Of a stretch of 64,000 bases of DNA, positions 1 through 9,513 are shown one piece after another. Numbering within the stretch: position 1 is the first letter of the stretch; each line of letters opens with the position of its first letter. The stretch comes from a bacterium. Lineage in GTDB: Bacteria; JAAXHH01. Made by a program: the position numbers and the translations under genes. The notes below the pieces were generated by a model, which did not search any database, had not been told where the DNA came from, and was given only the letters and a program-made list of their open reading frames with translations. Location of the stretch: NCBI GenBank assembly GCA_965242885.1, contig CBDETH010000008.1, positions 150,286-214,285 on the forward strand. The letters are read 5' to 3'.

Positions 1-1190
1 GCGATGGACTCACGCACGTCCACCCCGCCGTAGCTCTTCTTGAAGTACTCGTTGACGCCCTTGAGGATGCCCTCGCGGAACGCGCTCTGGTGGGACCCGC
101 CGTCCGCGGTGTACTGGCCGTTCACGAAGGAGAAGAGGGTCTCGCCGTAGTTGGTGGTGTGCGTGAAGGAGAATTCGATGTACTGGCTCTTGTGGTACGA
201 GGGCTCGTAGAGAACGTTCTCGCCCACCTCGGCCTTCAGGAAGTCCAGCAGGCCGTATTTGGAAACGAAGCGCTTCCTGTTGAAGACCAGGCGGAGGCCG
301 CTGTTCAGGCAGGCGTAGTTCCACATGCGGCGTTCGACGTAATCCGGCTGGAAGGCGTATTCCCCGAAGATCTCCTCGTCGGGCAGGAACTCGACATAGG
401 TGCCGTCCGGCTCGTCCGCGGCGCCCTCCTTCTGCCCGTGGAGCTGTCCCCGCTCGTACACCGCCTCCGCGTAGCGTCCGTCCCGGTAGGCCACGACGCG
501 GAAATCGACGGAAAGGGCGTTGACCGCCTTGGCGCCCACGCCGTTCAGTCCGACGCTGAACTGGAAGACCTCGTCGTTGTACTTGGCGCCCGTGTTGATG
601 ATCGAAGTGCACTCCACGACCTTGCCCAGGGGAATCCCGCGGCCGAAGTCGCGTACGCGGACGCGATTGTCTTCGATGGACACGTCGATCTGCCGGCCGT
701 GGCCCATGATGAACTCGTCCACGGCGTTGTCGATCACTTCCTTGAGGAGGACGTAGATGCCGTCTTCGGGATCGCTGCCGTTCCCGAGCCGGCCGATATA
801 CATGCCGGTGCGGAGCCGGATGTGTTCCAGCGACGAGAGGGTCTTGACCTTGCTTTCGTCGTAGACGGCGGCGTCCTTAGCGGCCGCGGTGTCCGCAGCG
901 TCCGCAGCGGCCGAGGTGGCCGGAGATCCGTTGCCGTCGACGGGCCGTGCGGCCGGAGATCCGTTGCCTTCATCCGGTCGCGCGCCGTTTTCCGATTCGG
1001 CCGGCCTTCTGTTCGTCGCGGCATCGCTGCCGCGTGAGCCGCTGCCGTTTCCGGAACTGCCGGCCGCCCCTTCGTCCCGTGACCCTACCCCGTTCCCGGA
1101 CCTGCCATTCGCCCCTTCTTCCCGCGGCGTAAGCAGATCGAGCTGGGTGTTCTGGTCCTCTCCGTTTCCCGAACCGTTCCTGGAAGCCAT
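1..1190 (-). CDS. Type IIA topoisomerase B subunit (GyrB/ParE-like), N-terminal part; the gene runs off the window start
   Basis: Reverse-strand translation from ATG at 1190 gives ...LSSLEHIRLRTGMYIG...LLKEVIDNAVDE...GLNGVGAKAVNALS..., the canonical GHKL ATPase/transducer motifs of GyrB/ParE. It is preceded by a ~110-aa Gly/Ser/Asn/Ala-rich low-complexity N-terminal extension. It is not in the ORF track because no stop lies within the window. Confidence 0.85.
   Translation of the reverse strand, partial: MASRNGSGNGEDQNTQLDLLTPREEGANGRSGNGVGSRDEGAAGSSGNGSGSRGSDAATNRRPAESENGARPDEGNGSPAARPVDGNGSPATSAAADAADTAAAKDAAVYDESKVKTLSSLEHIRLRTGMYIGRLGNGSDPEDGIYVLLKEVIDNAVDEFIMGHGRQIDVSIEDNRVRVRDFGRGIPLGKVVECTSIINTGAKYNDEVFQFSVGLNGVGAKAVNALSVDFRVVAYRDGRYAEAVYERGQLHGQKEGAADEPDGTYVEFLPDEEIFGEYAFQPDYVERRMWNYACLNSGLRLVFNRKRFVSKYGLLDFLKAEVGENVLYEPSYHKSQYIEFSFTHTTNYGETLFSFVNGQYTADGGSHQSAFREGILKGVNEYFKKSYGGVDVRESI
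912..970 (-). repeat. 18-nt direct repeat (ggccggagatccgttgcc x2) inside the low-complexity N-terminal extension of the topoisomerase gene
   Basis: Two copies seen directly in the sequence; they encode the repeated NGSPA peptide. Confidence 0.6.
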
Positions 1191-1289
1191 AGGTCCTTTC
1201 CGGATAGCAGTTGACTACGGCAACAGACATCCCATGCCACATCGGCATTAGAACATGTCGTGTCAGGCCATGCAGTTAGCACAATATAT

Positions 1290-1390
1290 GGCCGTATGCC
1301 ACGCGTGTCAATATACGCTATTTGGCCGTATGCCGCACGTGTCAATATACGCTACTTGGCCGTATGCCGCGCGTGTCAATATACGCTACG
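1290..1390. repeat. Three tandem 34-bp direct repeats (GGCCGTATGCCrCrCGTGTCAATATACGCTAytt) 100-200 bp upstream of the topoisomerase gene start
   Basis: Three near-identical units read directly, in the intergenic region between the acyl-CoA dehydrogenase 3' end and the gyrB/parE 5' end; iteron-like. Confidence 0.85.
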
Positions 1391-1486
1391 TCTGTTTGGT
1401 GATTTGTCAAGGAAATCCATGCCAGCATGGGCACCATCACGGGTACCCGCCAGCGATGGATCGGGGCGCGCAGGCCGGACGCGCCA

Positions 1487-1560
1487 GGACCCGCCGCCGT
1501 CCGATTTCAGGACCCGGCGCCGTCCGATTTCAGGACCCGGCGCCGTCCGACTTCAGGATG
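1487..1560. repeat. Three tandem 24-bp repeats (caggacccggcgccgtccgatttc) overlapping the stop codon and 3' end of the acyl-CoA dehydrogenase gene
   Basis: Direct reading; the first unit encodes the C-terminal KSDGAGS residues and the other two units lie in the 3' flank. Confidence 0.8.
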
Positions 1561-2687
1561 TTCCGCGAGATGACGATCTTCTGGGCTTCGGAGGTGCCTT
1601 CGTAGAGGGTGGTGATCCGTGCGTCGCGGTAAAAACGTTCCACGTCGAAGTCACGGATGTAGCCGTAGCCGCCGTGGATCTGAATGGCCTCGTTCGTGAT
1701 CCGAATCGAGGCCTCGGACGCGTACAGCTTGGCCATGGACGACGCCGTGATGTAGTCCTGCCCGGCGTCCTTGAGCCACGCAGCCCGGTACGTCAGCAGG
1801 CGCGCCGCCTCGAGTTCGGTCGCCATTTCCGCAAGCTTGAAGGCGATCGCCTGGAACTCGGCGATGGGCTTGCCGAACTGGGTCCGTTCCTTCGCGTACC
1901 GCACGGAAGCGTCGTAGGCCCCCTGCGCGATGCCCAGGGCCTGGGCCGCGATGCCAATGCGGCCGCCGTTCAGTATGGACAGCGCGATGTTCAGCCCCCG
2001 GCCCTCCTCGCCCAACAGATTAGACTGCGGTACGCGGCAATCATCGAATAACAACTCGCTGGTGTCCGAACCCCGGATGCCGAGTTTCTGCTCCTGGCGG
2101 CCGACGGTGAACCCCGGGGTTCCTTTCTCCACGAGGACCATGCTGAGGCCGCGATGGCCGGTGCCGGGGGCGGTGGTCACCAGCACGAGGAGGTAGTCGG
2201 CGAAACCGCCGTTGGTCACGAAGTGCTTCTTGCCGTTGATGACGTATTCCGTGCCGTCCTTCAGCGCGGACGTCACCGTCGAGCCGACGTCCGTACCGGC
2301 GCCGGGTTCGGTCAGCGCCAGGCAGGCCTGTGCCTCGCCGCGCCCGAGGGGCGGCAGAAAGGCCTTCTTCTGCGCTTCGGTCCCGAAGGCGAAGACGCCG
2401 TCGGCGAAAAGGGAGTTGTTCACCGAGACGCATACTCCGGTCGACGCGCACACCCGGGAGAACTCCTCCACGGCCAGCACGTAACTGAGCGTATCCAGGC
2501 CTGCTCCGCCGTACGCCTCCGGAATCATCATGGCCATGAAGCCCATCTCGCCGAGTTCCCGGATCGTGTCGAAATGGACGGCTTCGCGCTCGTCGATGTC
2601 CCGGGCGTGGGGCTTCAGTTTCTCCTCGGCGATCCGGCGGGCGGTGTCCCGCATCATGGCCTGGTCGCTGCTCAAGGCGAATTCCAT
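1530..2687 (-). CDS. Acyl-CoA dehydrogenase (short/branched-chain type)
   Basis: 385-aa ORF with full-length ACAD signatures (…ALTEPGAGTD…, …GGYGYIRDFDVERFYRDARITTLYEGTSEAQ…). Confidence 0.9.
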   Translation of the reverse strand: MEFALSSDQAMMRDTARRIAEEKLKPHARDIDEREAVHFDTIRELGEMGFMAMMIPEAYGGAGLDTLSYVLAVEEFSRVCASTGVCVSVNNSLFADGVFAFGTEAQKKAFLPPLGRGEAQACLALTEPGAGTDVGSTVTSALKDGTEYVINGKKHFVTNGGFADYLLVLVTTAPGTGHRGLSMVLVEKGTPGFTVGRQEQKLGIRGSDTSELLFDDCRVPQSNLLGEEGRGLNIALSILNGGRIGIAAQALGIAQGAYDASVRYAKERTQFGKPIAEFQAIAFKLAEMATELEAARLLTYRAAWLKDAGQDYITASSMAKLYASEASIRITNEAIQIHGGYGYIRDFDVERFYRDARITTLYEGTSEAQKIVISRNILKSDGAGS

Positions 2688-2700
2688 CGATCCTCCCTCT

Positions 2701-3975
2701 TCAGTTCACGCCGAGCAACCGGGCCGTGGTGACCGCCATGACCTCGCAGCTCCGGACGAGATGCTCGATCTCACAGTACTCGTCGGGCTGGTGGGCGAGA
2801 TGGAGCAGTCCAGGACCATAGGCGATGCACTGCTTCACCCGGCCGGTGTTGTGGACGTGCTTGTGGTCGTAGGTGCCGGGGCTGGCCACGTACTCCGCGG
2901 GGGCGCCGGTCAGATCCTCGATCGCACCGGCGGCCGTACCGACCAACTCGGCGTCCGGGTCGGTCTCGACCGGGCGAACGTTCATCAGATCGGTTAGCTC
3001 CGCTTTGAAATCGGGGTTGGCCGCGGCCAGGCTGGCAATCAGCGTCTCGATTTCTTTTTTCACATCTTCGAAGGATTCCTCTTTCAGGTACCGCCGGTCG
3101 AAGATGGCGGAGCACCGGTCGGCCACGCAGGGCGATCCCACGTTGCCGTCCGTCTGTCCGCCGGTTATGCCGTTCACGTTGATCGTGGCCCGGCGCGCTT
3201 CCGGCGGGTCCACGGGCATTTCCGTTCTCCGCGTGCGAAGGGCAGGCGCAAGGTCCTTTGATACCTGGCGAAGGAAACGTTCCATCTGGCTGATGGCGCT
3301 GACGCCAAGAAAAGGCATGCTGCCGTGGGCGGTCCGGCCGATGGTGTCGACACGGAACCAGTAGACCCCGCGGTGTCCCAGGCAGATGCGTCCCGGACCG
3401 AAGGGTTCCGGGATGATCACGTACGAGGTCCGTTCCGGTGAAATAAGCCCCTCGCGGGCCAGGTAGTCCATGCCGGCGAACCCGCCGGTTTCCTCGTCGA
3501 CCGTCGCGCTGAACTCGAGACTGCCGCGCAGCGTGACGCCCGCCTCCCGCAACGCGGCCGCAGCGAAGAGCGCCGCGGCGATGCCGCCCTTCATGTCGCA
3601 CGCGCCGCGGCCGTATATCCTGCCGTCCTTCACCTCCCCGCCGAAAGGATCGACCGTCCAGTGCGCTCCCGGCGGTACCACGTCGGTGTGGCCGTTGAAA
3701 TGCAGCGTAGGCATGGGCGACCGGCCAGGGAGCCTGCCCATCACGTTGACCCGGGGGTGTTTAGCGGAATGGTCCGGATGACCGGTGGCGGTCACGAACC
3801 GGGTTTCGAAGCCCAGCGCGCTCAACCGGTCGCCCACGAGCCGGGCACAGTCCAGGTATCCTTCGCCGGGCGGATTCACGGAGGGGATGCGGATCAATTC
3901 CTGCAAAAAGCCGATCATGTCGTCGCGGAGGACGCGAACCTGATCCACGATGCGCTGTTCGAGCGGGGTTATCAT
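2701..3975 (-). CDS. M20 family metallopeptidase (ArgE/DapE-like deacylase)
   Basis: ORF 2701..4170; the conserved M20 core (HxDVV…, GRGACDMKGG, EETGG) begins at MITPLEQ. The likely start is ATG 3975; the upstream 65 codons in the track ORF are probably not translated. Confidence 0.75.
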   Translation of the reverse strand: MITPLEQRIVDQVRVLRDDMIGFLQELIRIPSVNPPGEGYLDCARLVGDRLSALGFETRFVTATGHPDHSAKHPRVNVMGRLPGRSPMPTLHFNGHTDVVPPGAHWTVDPFGGEVKDGRIYGRGACDMKGGIAAALFAAAALREAGVTLRGSLEFSATVDEETGGFAGMDYLAREGLISPERTSYVIIPEPFGPGRICLGHRGVYWFRVDTIGRTAHGSMPFLGVSAISQMERFLRQVSKDLAPALRTRRTEMPVDPPEARRATINVNGITGGQTDGNVGSPCVADRCSAIFDRRYLKEESFEDVKKEIETLIASLAAANPDFKAELTDLMNVRPVETDPDAELVGTAAGAIEDLTGAPAEYVASPGTYDHKHVHNTGRVKQCIAYGPGLLHLAHQPDEYCEIEHLVRSCEVMAVTTARLLGVN

Positions 3976-4037
3976 GGGCTTGCGGGGGAGGCCGACGCCG
4001 CGGCGCCGGGTCAGCCGGGTTCCTTCCGGGCGCCGGG

Positions 4038-5045
4038 TCAGCCGGCGTCCTCCATCTCGTCGTAGAATCTGGCCATGCTGCCCCTTTCCTTCGCCGCGTT
4101 GAACCGCATGCCCGACCGGGGATGCTGGTTCATCAGGCCCGTGATCATGTAGGGAATGTCGAATCCCCACATCAGTTCGGCCCGCATCGGTTCGACGTGG
4201 TACTGTATGCAGTCCAGGAGCGGACGCAGGCGGAACTTCGGGTTGTGCAGGAACCCGACGATCAGTTCCATGGGGCAGTTGCCGGCGCCGCGGCCGAGAC
4301 CGGCGAGGCTGGCGTCCAGGTAGTTCGCCCCACGGATCAGCGCCTGTATCGTGTTGGCGAAGGCCAGTTGCTGGTTGTTGTGGGCGTGGATGCCCACCTC
4401 CTTGTCGGTGGATTGCAGGGCGTTCAGGAACTTGTCCACGAGCGCTTCGATCTGTTCGCTGTAAAGGGCGCCGAAGCTGTCCACCACGTAGATGGCGTCC
4501 ACCGGCGATTCGACGAGCATGGAGAGCGCCTCGTCCATTTCGCCTTCCGGAACCGTCGACGCCGCCATGAGGTTCAACGTGGTCTCGTAGCCCTTCTCGT
4601 GGGCGTCCTGGATCATGTCCAGCGCCAGGGGAATCTGGTGGATGTAGGTGGCGATCCGGATCATGTCCAGCACGCTGTCCGCGGCCGGCAGGATATCGGT
4701 CTTGTAGTCCGACTTCTCCGCGTCGGCCATCGCCGCCAGCTTGACGGGCGAGTCATTATCGCCCACGACGCCGCGGATGTCCTCCTCGGCGCAGAACTTC
4801 CAGGGTCCATGTTCGTCGGGGGAGAAGATCTGCCGCGAGTTGATATACCCGATTTCCATGTAGTCGATCCCACCGGCGACGCAGGCCTGGTAGACCGCCC
4901 TGACGGTATCCGCGTCGAAACGGTGGTCGTTCATCAGGCCGCCGTCCCGAATGGTACAGTCGATGAGCTTGATCTCCGGCCGATAGGTCAGCCACTTTCG
5001 CGTGGGCGCTTCGTTGAGTGCAGATTGGTCCATGATGCTGGTCAC
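4038..5045 (-). CDS. HMGL-like / DRE-TIM metallolyase (pyruvate carboxyltransferase-domain aldolase)
   Basis: IKLIDCTIRDGG near the N-terminus and HAHNNQQLAFAN motifs, typical of the HMGL-like TIM-barrel family; the exact substrate is unknown. Confidence 0.6.
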   Translation of the reverse strand: MTSIMDQSALNEAPTRKWLTYRPEIKLIDCTIRDGGLMNDHRFDADTVRAVYQACVAGGIDYMEIGYINSRQIFSPDEHGPWKFCAEEDIRGVVGDNDSPVKLAAMADAEKSDYKTDILPAADSVLDMIRIATYIHQIPLALDMIQDAHEKGYETTLNLMAASTVPEGEMDEALSMLVESPVDAIYVVDSFGALYSEQIEALVDKFLNALQSTDKEVGIHAHNNQQLAFANTIQALIRGANYLDASLAGLGRGAGNCPMELIVGFLHNPKFRLRPLLDCIQYHVEPMRAELMWGFDIPYMITGLMNQHPRSGMRFNAAKERGSMARFYDEMEDAG

Positions 5046-5342
5046 TTCACTCCTGTTTACCGGTGAATTCGATTAACAAGCCTTGACGGCCGCGAAAAAC
5101 AGGGGCCGTTCCGCGACAGAACATATATGACACCCGGACGCGGGACAAGGTAATTCAAGCGGCGCGCGCAAGTCGCCTGTAACGGTACTACGTATCCGGC
5201 TGAATGCCCTTGACTAATCCGCCTTCCCGCTTATCATGCAAAGGGCGTTTTAAAGTCGCGCCGGTCAATCGCATGCCCGGACGCGCCAGGTATCTGACGA
5301 TCGCGTCCCGGATTACGTGTGGAATATCGTGAGGCAACGGTT

Positions 5343-6143
5343 ATGGGAATCATTCTCAAGACCGAAAAACAGATCGAGACCATTCGCCGCAGCGGCCAGG
5401 CCGCGACCGCGACGCTGCAGCGCATGGGAGAATCCGTCAGGCCGGGCATCGCGACCTCCGAGCTGGACCGGATCGCCCGCAAGATGATCCGGGATTATGG
5501 GGGCACCTCCTCTTTCCTCGGATACCGGCCCAGCTACCATCCGCCCTTTCCCGCCACGATCTGCGCGTCCATCAACGACGAGATCGTGCACGGCATCCCC
5601 AGTCCGCGGCGCAAGGTCGAGGAGGGGGACATCCTCAGTCTCGATTTCGCCATGATCATCGACGGGTACCACGGCGATACGGCCTTCACCTTTCCCGTCG
5701 GCCGCGTTTCACCGGATGCACAGCGGCTTATGGATGTCACGCGGGCGTCGGTATTCAAGGGGATCGAGGAAGCGAAGCCGGGCAACCGCATCGGTGACAT
5801 CGGGCACGCGGTGCAGCAGTACGCGGAGTCCCACGGATACTCGGTGGTGCGGGACCTGTGCGGCCACGGGATCGGCCGCAGTCTCTGGGAGGAGCCGCAG
5901 GTGCCCAATCACGGCCGGCCGCAGCGCGGTATCCGGCTCAAACCGGGCATGGTCATCGCCATCGAACCCATGGTGTGCGCGGGCGCGCACCGGATCCGGG
6001 TCCTCGACGACGAATGGACGACCTCCACCGCCGACGGACGGCTGTCCGCCCATTTCGAGCACACGGTAGCGATCCTGTCCGACGGTCCCGAGATCCTGAC
6101 GGAAAACACCGACCTCTGGGGTTCGAACGGCCTGCCGGGGTGA
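5343..6143 (+). CDS. map: Methionine aminopeptidase type I
   Basis: Conserved MetAP-I residues throughout (…DGYHGDTAFTF…, …HGIG…, …EPM…); start chosen at MGIILKTEKQ. Confidence 0.9.
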   Translation: MGIILKTEKQIETIRRSGQAATATLQRMGESVRPGIATSELDRIARKMIRDYGGTSSFLGYRPSYHPPFPATICASINDEIVHGIPSPRRKVEEGDILSLDFAMIIDGYHGDTAFTFPVGRVSPDAQRLMDVTRASVFKGIEEAKPGNRIGDIGHAVQQYAESHGYSVVRDLCGHGIGRSLWEEPQVPNHGRPQRGIRLKPGMVIAIEPMVCAGAHRIRVLDDEWTTSTADGRLSAHFEHTVAILSDGPEILTENTDLWGSNGLPG

Positions 6144-6159
6144 CCGCGGTCCGCCAGGT

Positions 6160-6195
6160 TCGCACGGTCCTCACGGTCCGCACGGTCCGTCCACC
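6160..6195. repeat. 9-nt microsatellite (cacggtccg x4) in the map / GNAT-protein intergenic region
   Basis: Direct reading. Confidence 0.7.
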
Positions 6196-6239
6196 TCACC
6201 GGTCCTTCTAACCGGGCGTCCCCGTCTGAGCAAGAATCA

Positions 6240-9200
6240 TTACAGGTCTTTCAATACCGCGTATCGCCGCGCTTCCTCTCTCGATCCGGCCAGGACCAGG
6301 TAAGCCGTTTCCTCGCTGACTCCGCGAACGGCCATCTCGTGACCCCGCATGAGCTTCAGGTGCCCCCCGTCAGCGCCCCAGCTGTCCATTCGGACTCCGT
6401 TCCCCGGCGAAACGAGCACGAAGGTCCGCCCGGTGCGCGGGTTGGCGGCAGCGGCCCAGTGTCCGCCATCCTGATCGACATACCACGGGCGCCGTTTCCG
6501 CTCGCTGTCCGCCGAAAAGAGGACGGTGTCGTCCAATTCGCCGTCGGGCTTCAGGAACAGATGCCATCCGCCCCTCAATCGCCGGTGCGCGTCGGTTTCG
6601 TTCAGCAACCTCCAGACCAGTTTGATCACCGGTCCGCCCCCCAGGATCAGGGTATCGAGTTCCAGGGTCAGGCCGCGGGACGCCTCTTTGGTCAACGCCG
6701 CCCTCTGCCGCAGGCCCGTCCATTCAAGACCCCCGGCGCGATAGGAGACAGGCTCCGCGACGAACCTCTCGTCCTCGAGGGATTCCGTCCAGGACAGGCG
6801 GTCCAGAACGATCTCGGGCTGCAGCCCGCCATACCAGGGGTAGCTCCATCCGAAGGCCTCGGGTTCGGGAAAGGCGGAAGCCAGGTGGTTGCATTCGCCG
6901 CCGGCATCCCGGATGGCGCTCACGGATCCGAGGAAGGAGGGGGCCACGTCAATTTCGAGCCGCTGGTTACGAATGGTATACACCCTGTGACCCCCGGATT
7001 CGACCTCGTCGATTACCACGGCCGATCCGTCCGTCAGCCGGACGAGGGGCAATTCGACCTCCGCGCCGCGCTCCCCGCTGTCCAGCAACATGCGGCCGGT
7101 GTAGACGCCGGGCGGCCGGGACGTGGCAAGCCGCACCGAACCCTCGAAGGGTTGCCGCCAGTCGATCTCGGAGAATGAAACCCACGGCGGATCGCATCGC
7201 CAGCCGTCGGGCATGACGAAGGAAACGGTCCCGCTGGCCTTCCGTGACTTCCACTGCGCTATCCGGAACCGGAGATCGGTCTCGTCTCCGCTTACCACGG
7301 CCAGGGGAGGATCGGTCGACGCCTCGAATTCATCCAGGATCCGCGGGGCGGGTTCACCTTCGCTGGTCGATTCCCCCCGGAGACGCCTCCACAGCCGGCG
7401 CACGCCTTGCCAGCCGCCGTCCCCGACGTGCAGTCTCAAGGCGCCGAAGGTTACGCGGGACTGGGGCGCACAGGTCGTCTCCGCGCTCACCGACTGGAAC
7501 TCGTTTCCGTTCCATTCGACCTCGTCCGGGCCGTCGGCCCACAGGACCCCCATCGTTCCATGGGGCATTTCGAAGGCGCCCCACGATTCCGCATAGCGGT
7601 CGCCCGTCTTGAAATCGTGGTCATCCGGCGCGGGCAGGTCGCTGCAACGGGCCTTGAGTATCCCTTCCCGGAGCGGCAGCGTCAGCGCGGCCTGGTCCGC
7701 CCCTCCGTTCGTGACGAACTGGTAAAGGCGGGAGACGCGGGGGTCGAATCCGGTATTCTCCAGCGTGTGCTCCACGGTAATGACCGGTCCGGCGTTCAAC
7801 CGGATGATCCGGCTGAATACGAGACCGGGGGTCTTCCGGGGCGCGAAGGTTGCCGTGAGGACCACGCCGTGCCCGTCCCCCTCAGCTTTCAGCTTGAATT
7901 CCGACTCGCTGTATTCGCTGGGCCACTTCGGCGGTATGGGACGGCCGCCTTCTGTGCCCAGGTACCTCCCGGTGGCCCGGTCGCTGATCTTCAACTGGCC
8001 GCCCTCGGCCTCCAGGTTCGCCCGGAAGATCTCGTTCTCAAACCGTATCGCGCCGTCCTGGTGGTACAGCAGCCCGCCCGGCGCCAGCGCGAAGACGGCG
8101 TGTTTCGCATCCGCCAGGTCGACCGGTCCGCCCTCCCGTTCCAGGCGGCCCGACAGGGTCAGTTCGAACACGCCCGGGCGGTCTGCCTCGAGGACCGTTT
8201 CGAATCCTCCGTATCCCCGGGCGGGCACCGCTACGGATCGTGCGCTGTGGTCCACCGAGAGGCCGTCCGATACCGAGACGCGGACCTGCGCTTCCACGTC
8301 ATCGTCCAACTGGCTTTGCAGGGTTACGCGCACCGGCCGCGGTGCGCCGGGAGCCAGGGTGATCTCCCCGGGATCGATGGAAAAAGACATCTCGACGCGC
8401 GGCCGGATGCCGGTGGCGAGGTCAATGGGAAGATCGTCCCAACGTATGCTGGTGCGCACCCGCGGCGCGGTTTTCTTCACGTCCACGGATTTGGCTTTGT
8501 CCGACACACTCACCGGCGCCTCGAGGGAGATCGTCTCGCCGGGTCCCAACGTCTTCCGGCAGTGGTAGTCGATAGACAGGTCGCCCGTCTCTTTCGCCGT
8601 CAACGCGATGGTGGCCGGCACGTCCTTCCGGTTCTCCAGTTTCCACCTGAGGACCGTCTGCCCGCCCCGCACCGGCTCGATATCGTCCACCGTCGCCCGG
8701 GCGGACAGCTCCGCCGTCTCCACCGCGGTCACGTGCCGGGCTTCGCGGTCTACCCGAACCGTCAGTTCCTCCCTGTCTGCGGCGGGCGCGGCTTCATCTG
8801 ATGTCGGAGACCGATCGGCAGGCCCGGCTTCATCCGCGCCAGTCCGGGCGGCACCACCGGAGGACGGCGTCCCCCCGGACGTAAACCGGTAGGTAAACAC
8901 CCGAAGCCCTTCCCAGGTTTCGTCGTCGGGCCGCTGGTCGATCCGCCGCTGCAGCGACGCGTACCAGTCGTGCCGGTCGAAGAAGTACCGCGTACAGGGC
9001 ATCTCGAGGATGGCGGGCATGTAGTTGCGCATGATCGGCCAGCCCCCGGCGTCCCAGAAAAAACCCGTCCGCTTGTAGGGCGCCATCGCCTTCACGTTAC
9101 CCGACCAGGTGTCGAGGTCGAGGTGGTACTTCTTGTCCTCGATGGCCATTTCCACCGAACGGACGAGCAACCGACGGCCGATGCTCCTGCCCTGGAAGCG

Positions 9201-9479
9201 CGGTGAGACGTTCAACAGTGCGAGGTAGAGGGCCTCGCTGTCGTCCTTGTCGTATACCAGGGAACAGTACCCGCCGATCTTCTCCGCTTCGGCCCAGACG
9301 AAGACCGCGGTGTATTCCAACTTCTCGTGCCAGTCGCGAATGTCCCGCGCCGTCGTGGGCACGCCGCTGTTCCAGGTGCCGGGCCATTCGCCGTCGCTTT
9401 CGTTCCACATCTCGGCGATCGCGGCGGCGTCCCGCACGGGGTCGATCAGCCGTAGTTTGGCTTCTTCCGCCATCGTCAT
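6240..9479 (-). CDS. Large multidomain protein: N-terminal GNAT acetyltransferase domain fused to an ~900-aa uncharacterised domain
   Basis: 1079-aa ORF; the first ~160 aa have GNAT-like features (…RFQGRSIGRRLL…) and the rest has no recognisable motif. Confidence 0.45.
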   Translation of the reverse strand: MTMAEEAKLRLIDPVRDAAAIAEMWNESDGEWPGTWNSGVPTTARDIRDWHEKLEYTAVFVWAEAEKIGGYCSLVYDKDDSEALYLALLNVSPRFQGRSIGRRLLVRSVEMAIEDKKYHLDLDTWSGNVKAMAPYKRTGFFWDAGGWPIMRNYMPAILEMPCTRYFFDRHDWYASLQRRIDQRPDDETWEGLRVFTYRFTSGGTPSSGGAARTGADEAGPADRSPTSDEAAPAADREELTVRVDREARHVTAVETAELSARATVDDIEPVRGGQTVLRWKLENRKDVPATIALTAKETGDLSIDYHCRKTLGPGETISLEAPVSVSDKAKSVDVKKTAPRVRTSIRWDDLPIDLATGIRPRVEMSFSIDPGEITLAPGAPRPVRVTLQSQLDDDVEAQVRVSVSDGLSVDHSARSVAVPARGYGGFETVLEADRPGVFELTLSGRLEREGGPVDLADAKHAVFALAPGGLLYHQDGAIRFENEIFRANLEAEGGQLKISDRATGRYLGTEGGRPIPPKWPSEYSESEFKLKAEGDGHGVVLTATFAPRKTPGLVFSRIIRLNAGPVITVEHTLENTGFDPRVSRLYQFVTNGGADQAALTLPLREGILKARCSDLPAPDDHDFKTGDRYAESWGAFEMPHGTMGVLWADGPDEVEWNGNEFQSVSAETTCAPQSRVTFGALRLHVGDGGWQGVRRLWRRLRGESTSEGEPAPRILDEFEASTDPPLAVVSGDETDLRFRIAQWKSRKASGTVSFVMPDGWRCDPPWVSFSEIDWRQPFEGSVRLATSRPPGVYTGRMLLDSGERGAEVELPLVRLTDGSAVVIDEVESGGHRVYTIRNQRLEIDVAPSFLGSVSAIRDAGGECNHLASAFPEPEAFGWSYPWYGGLQPEIVLDRLSWTESLEDERFVAEPVSYRAGGLEWTGLRQRAALTKEASRGLTLELDTLILGGGPVIKLVWRLLNETDAHRRLRGGWHLFLKPDGELDDTVLFSADSERKRRPWYVDQDGGHWAAAANPRTGRTFVLVSPGNGVRMDSWGADGGHLKLMRGHEMAVRGVSEETAYLVLAGSREEARRYAVLKDL

Positions 9480-9513
9480 CTCCTCACTATCTCCTTACCA
9501 TCTTCTTACCATC

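Noticed and set aside
90-1037. Many long ORFs in the six-frame track (for example 90..1037+, 4122..5066+, 7407..8801+, 9247..11112+, 12348..13604+, 13704..15089+, 14870..16426+, 16038..18086+, 20667..22529-, 22917..24503-, 24217..25686-, 41356..43932-, 42390..44300+, 46018..47547-, 47563..49365-, 57555..59156+, 59074..60426-, 61027..62139-)
   Set aside because: They are antisense or alternate-frame shadows of well-supported genes in very GC-rich DNA. Their translations are Arg/Pro/Gly-rich with no family resemblance. Long stop-free frames are expected by chance at this GC content
1290-1390. The 34-bp x3 array upstream of gyrB as a chromosomal origin (oriC) or CRISPR array
   Set aside because: No DnaA-box consensus and no dnaA/dnaN neighbours. 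The units are contiguous with no unique spacers, so it is not a CRISPR array
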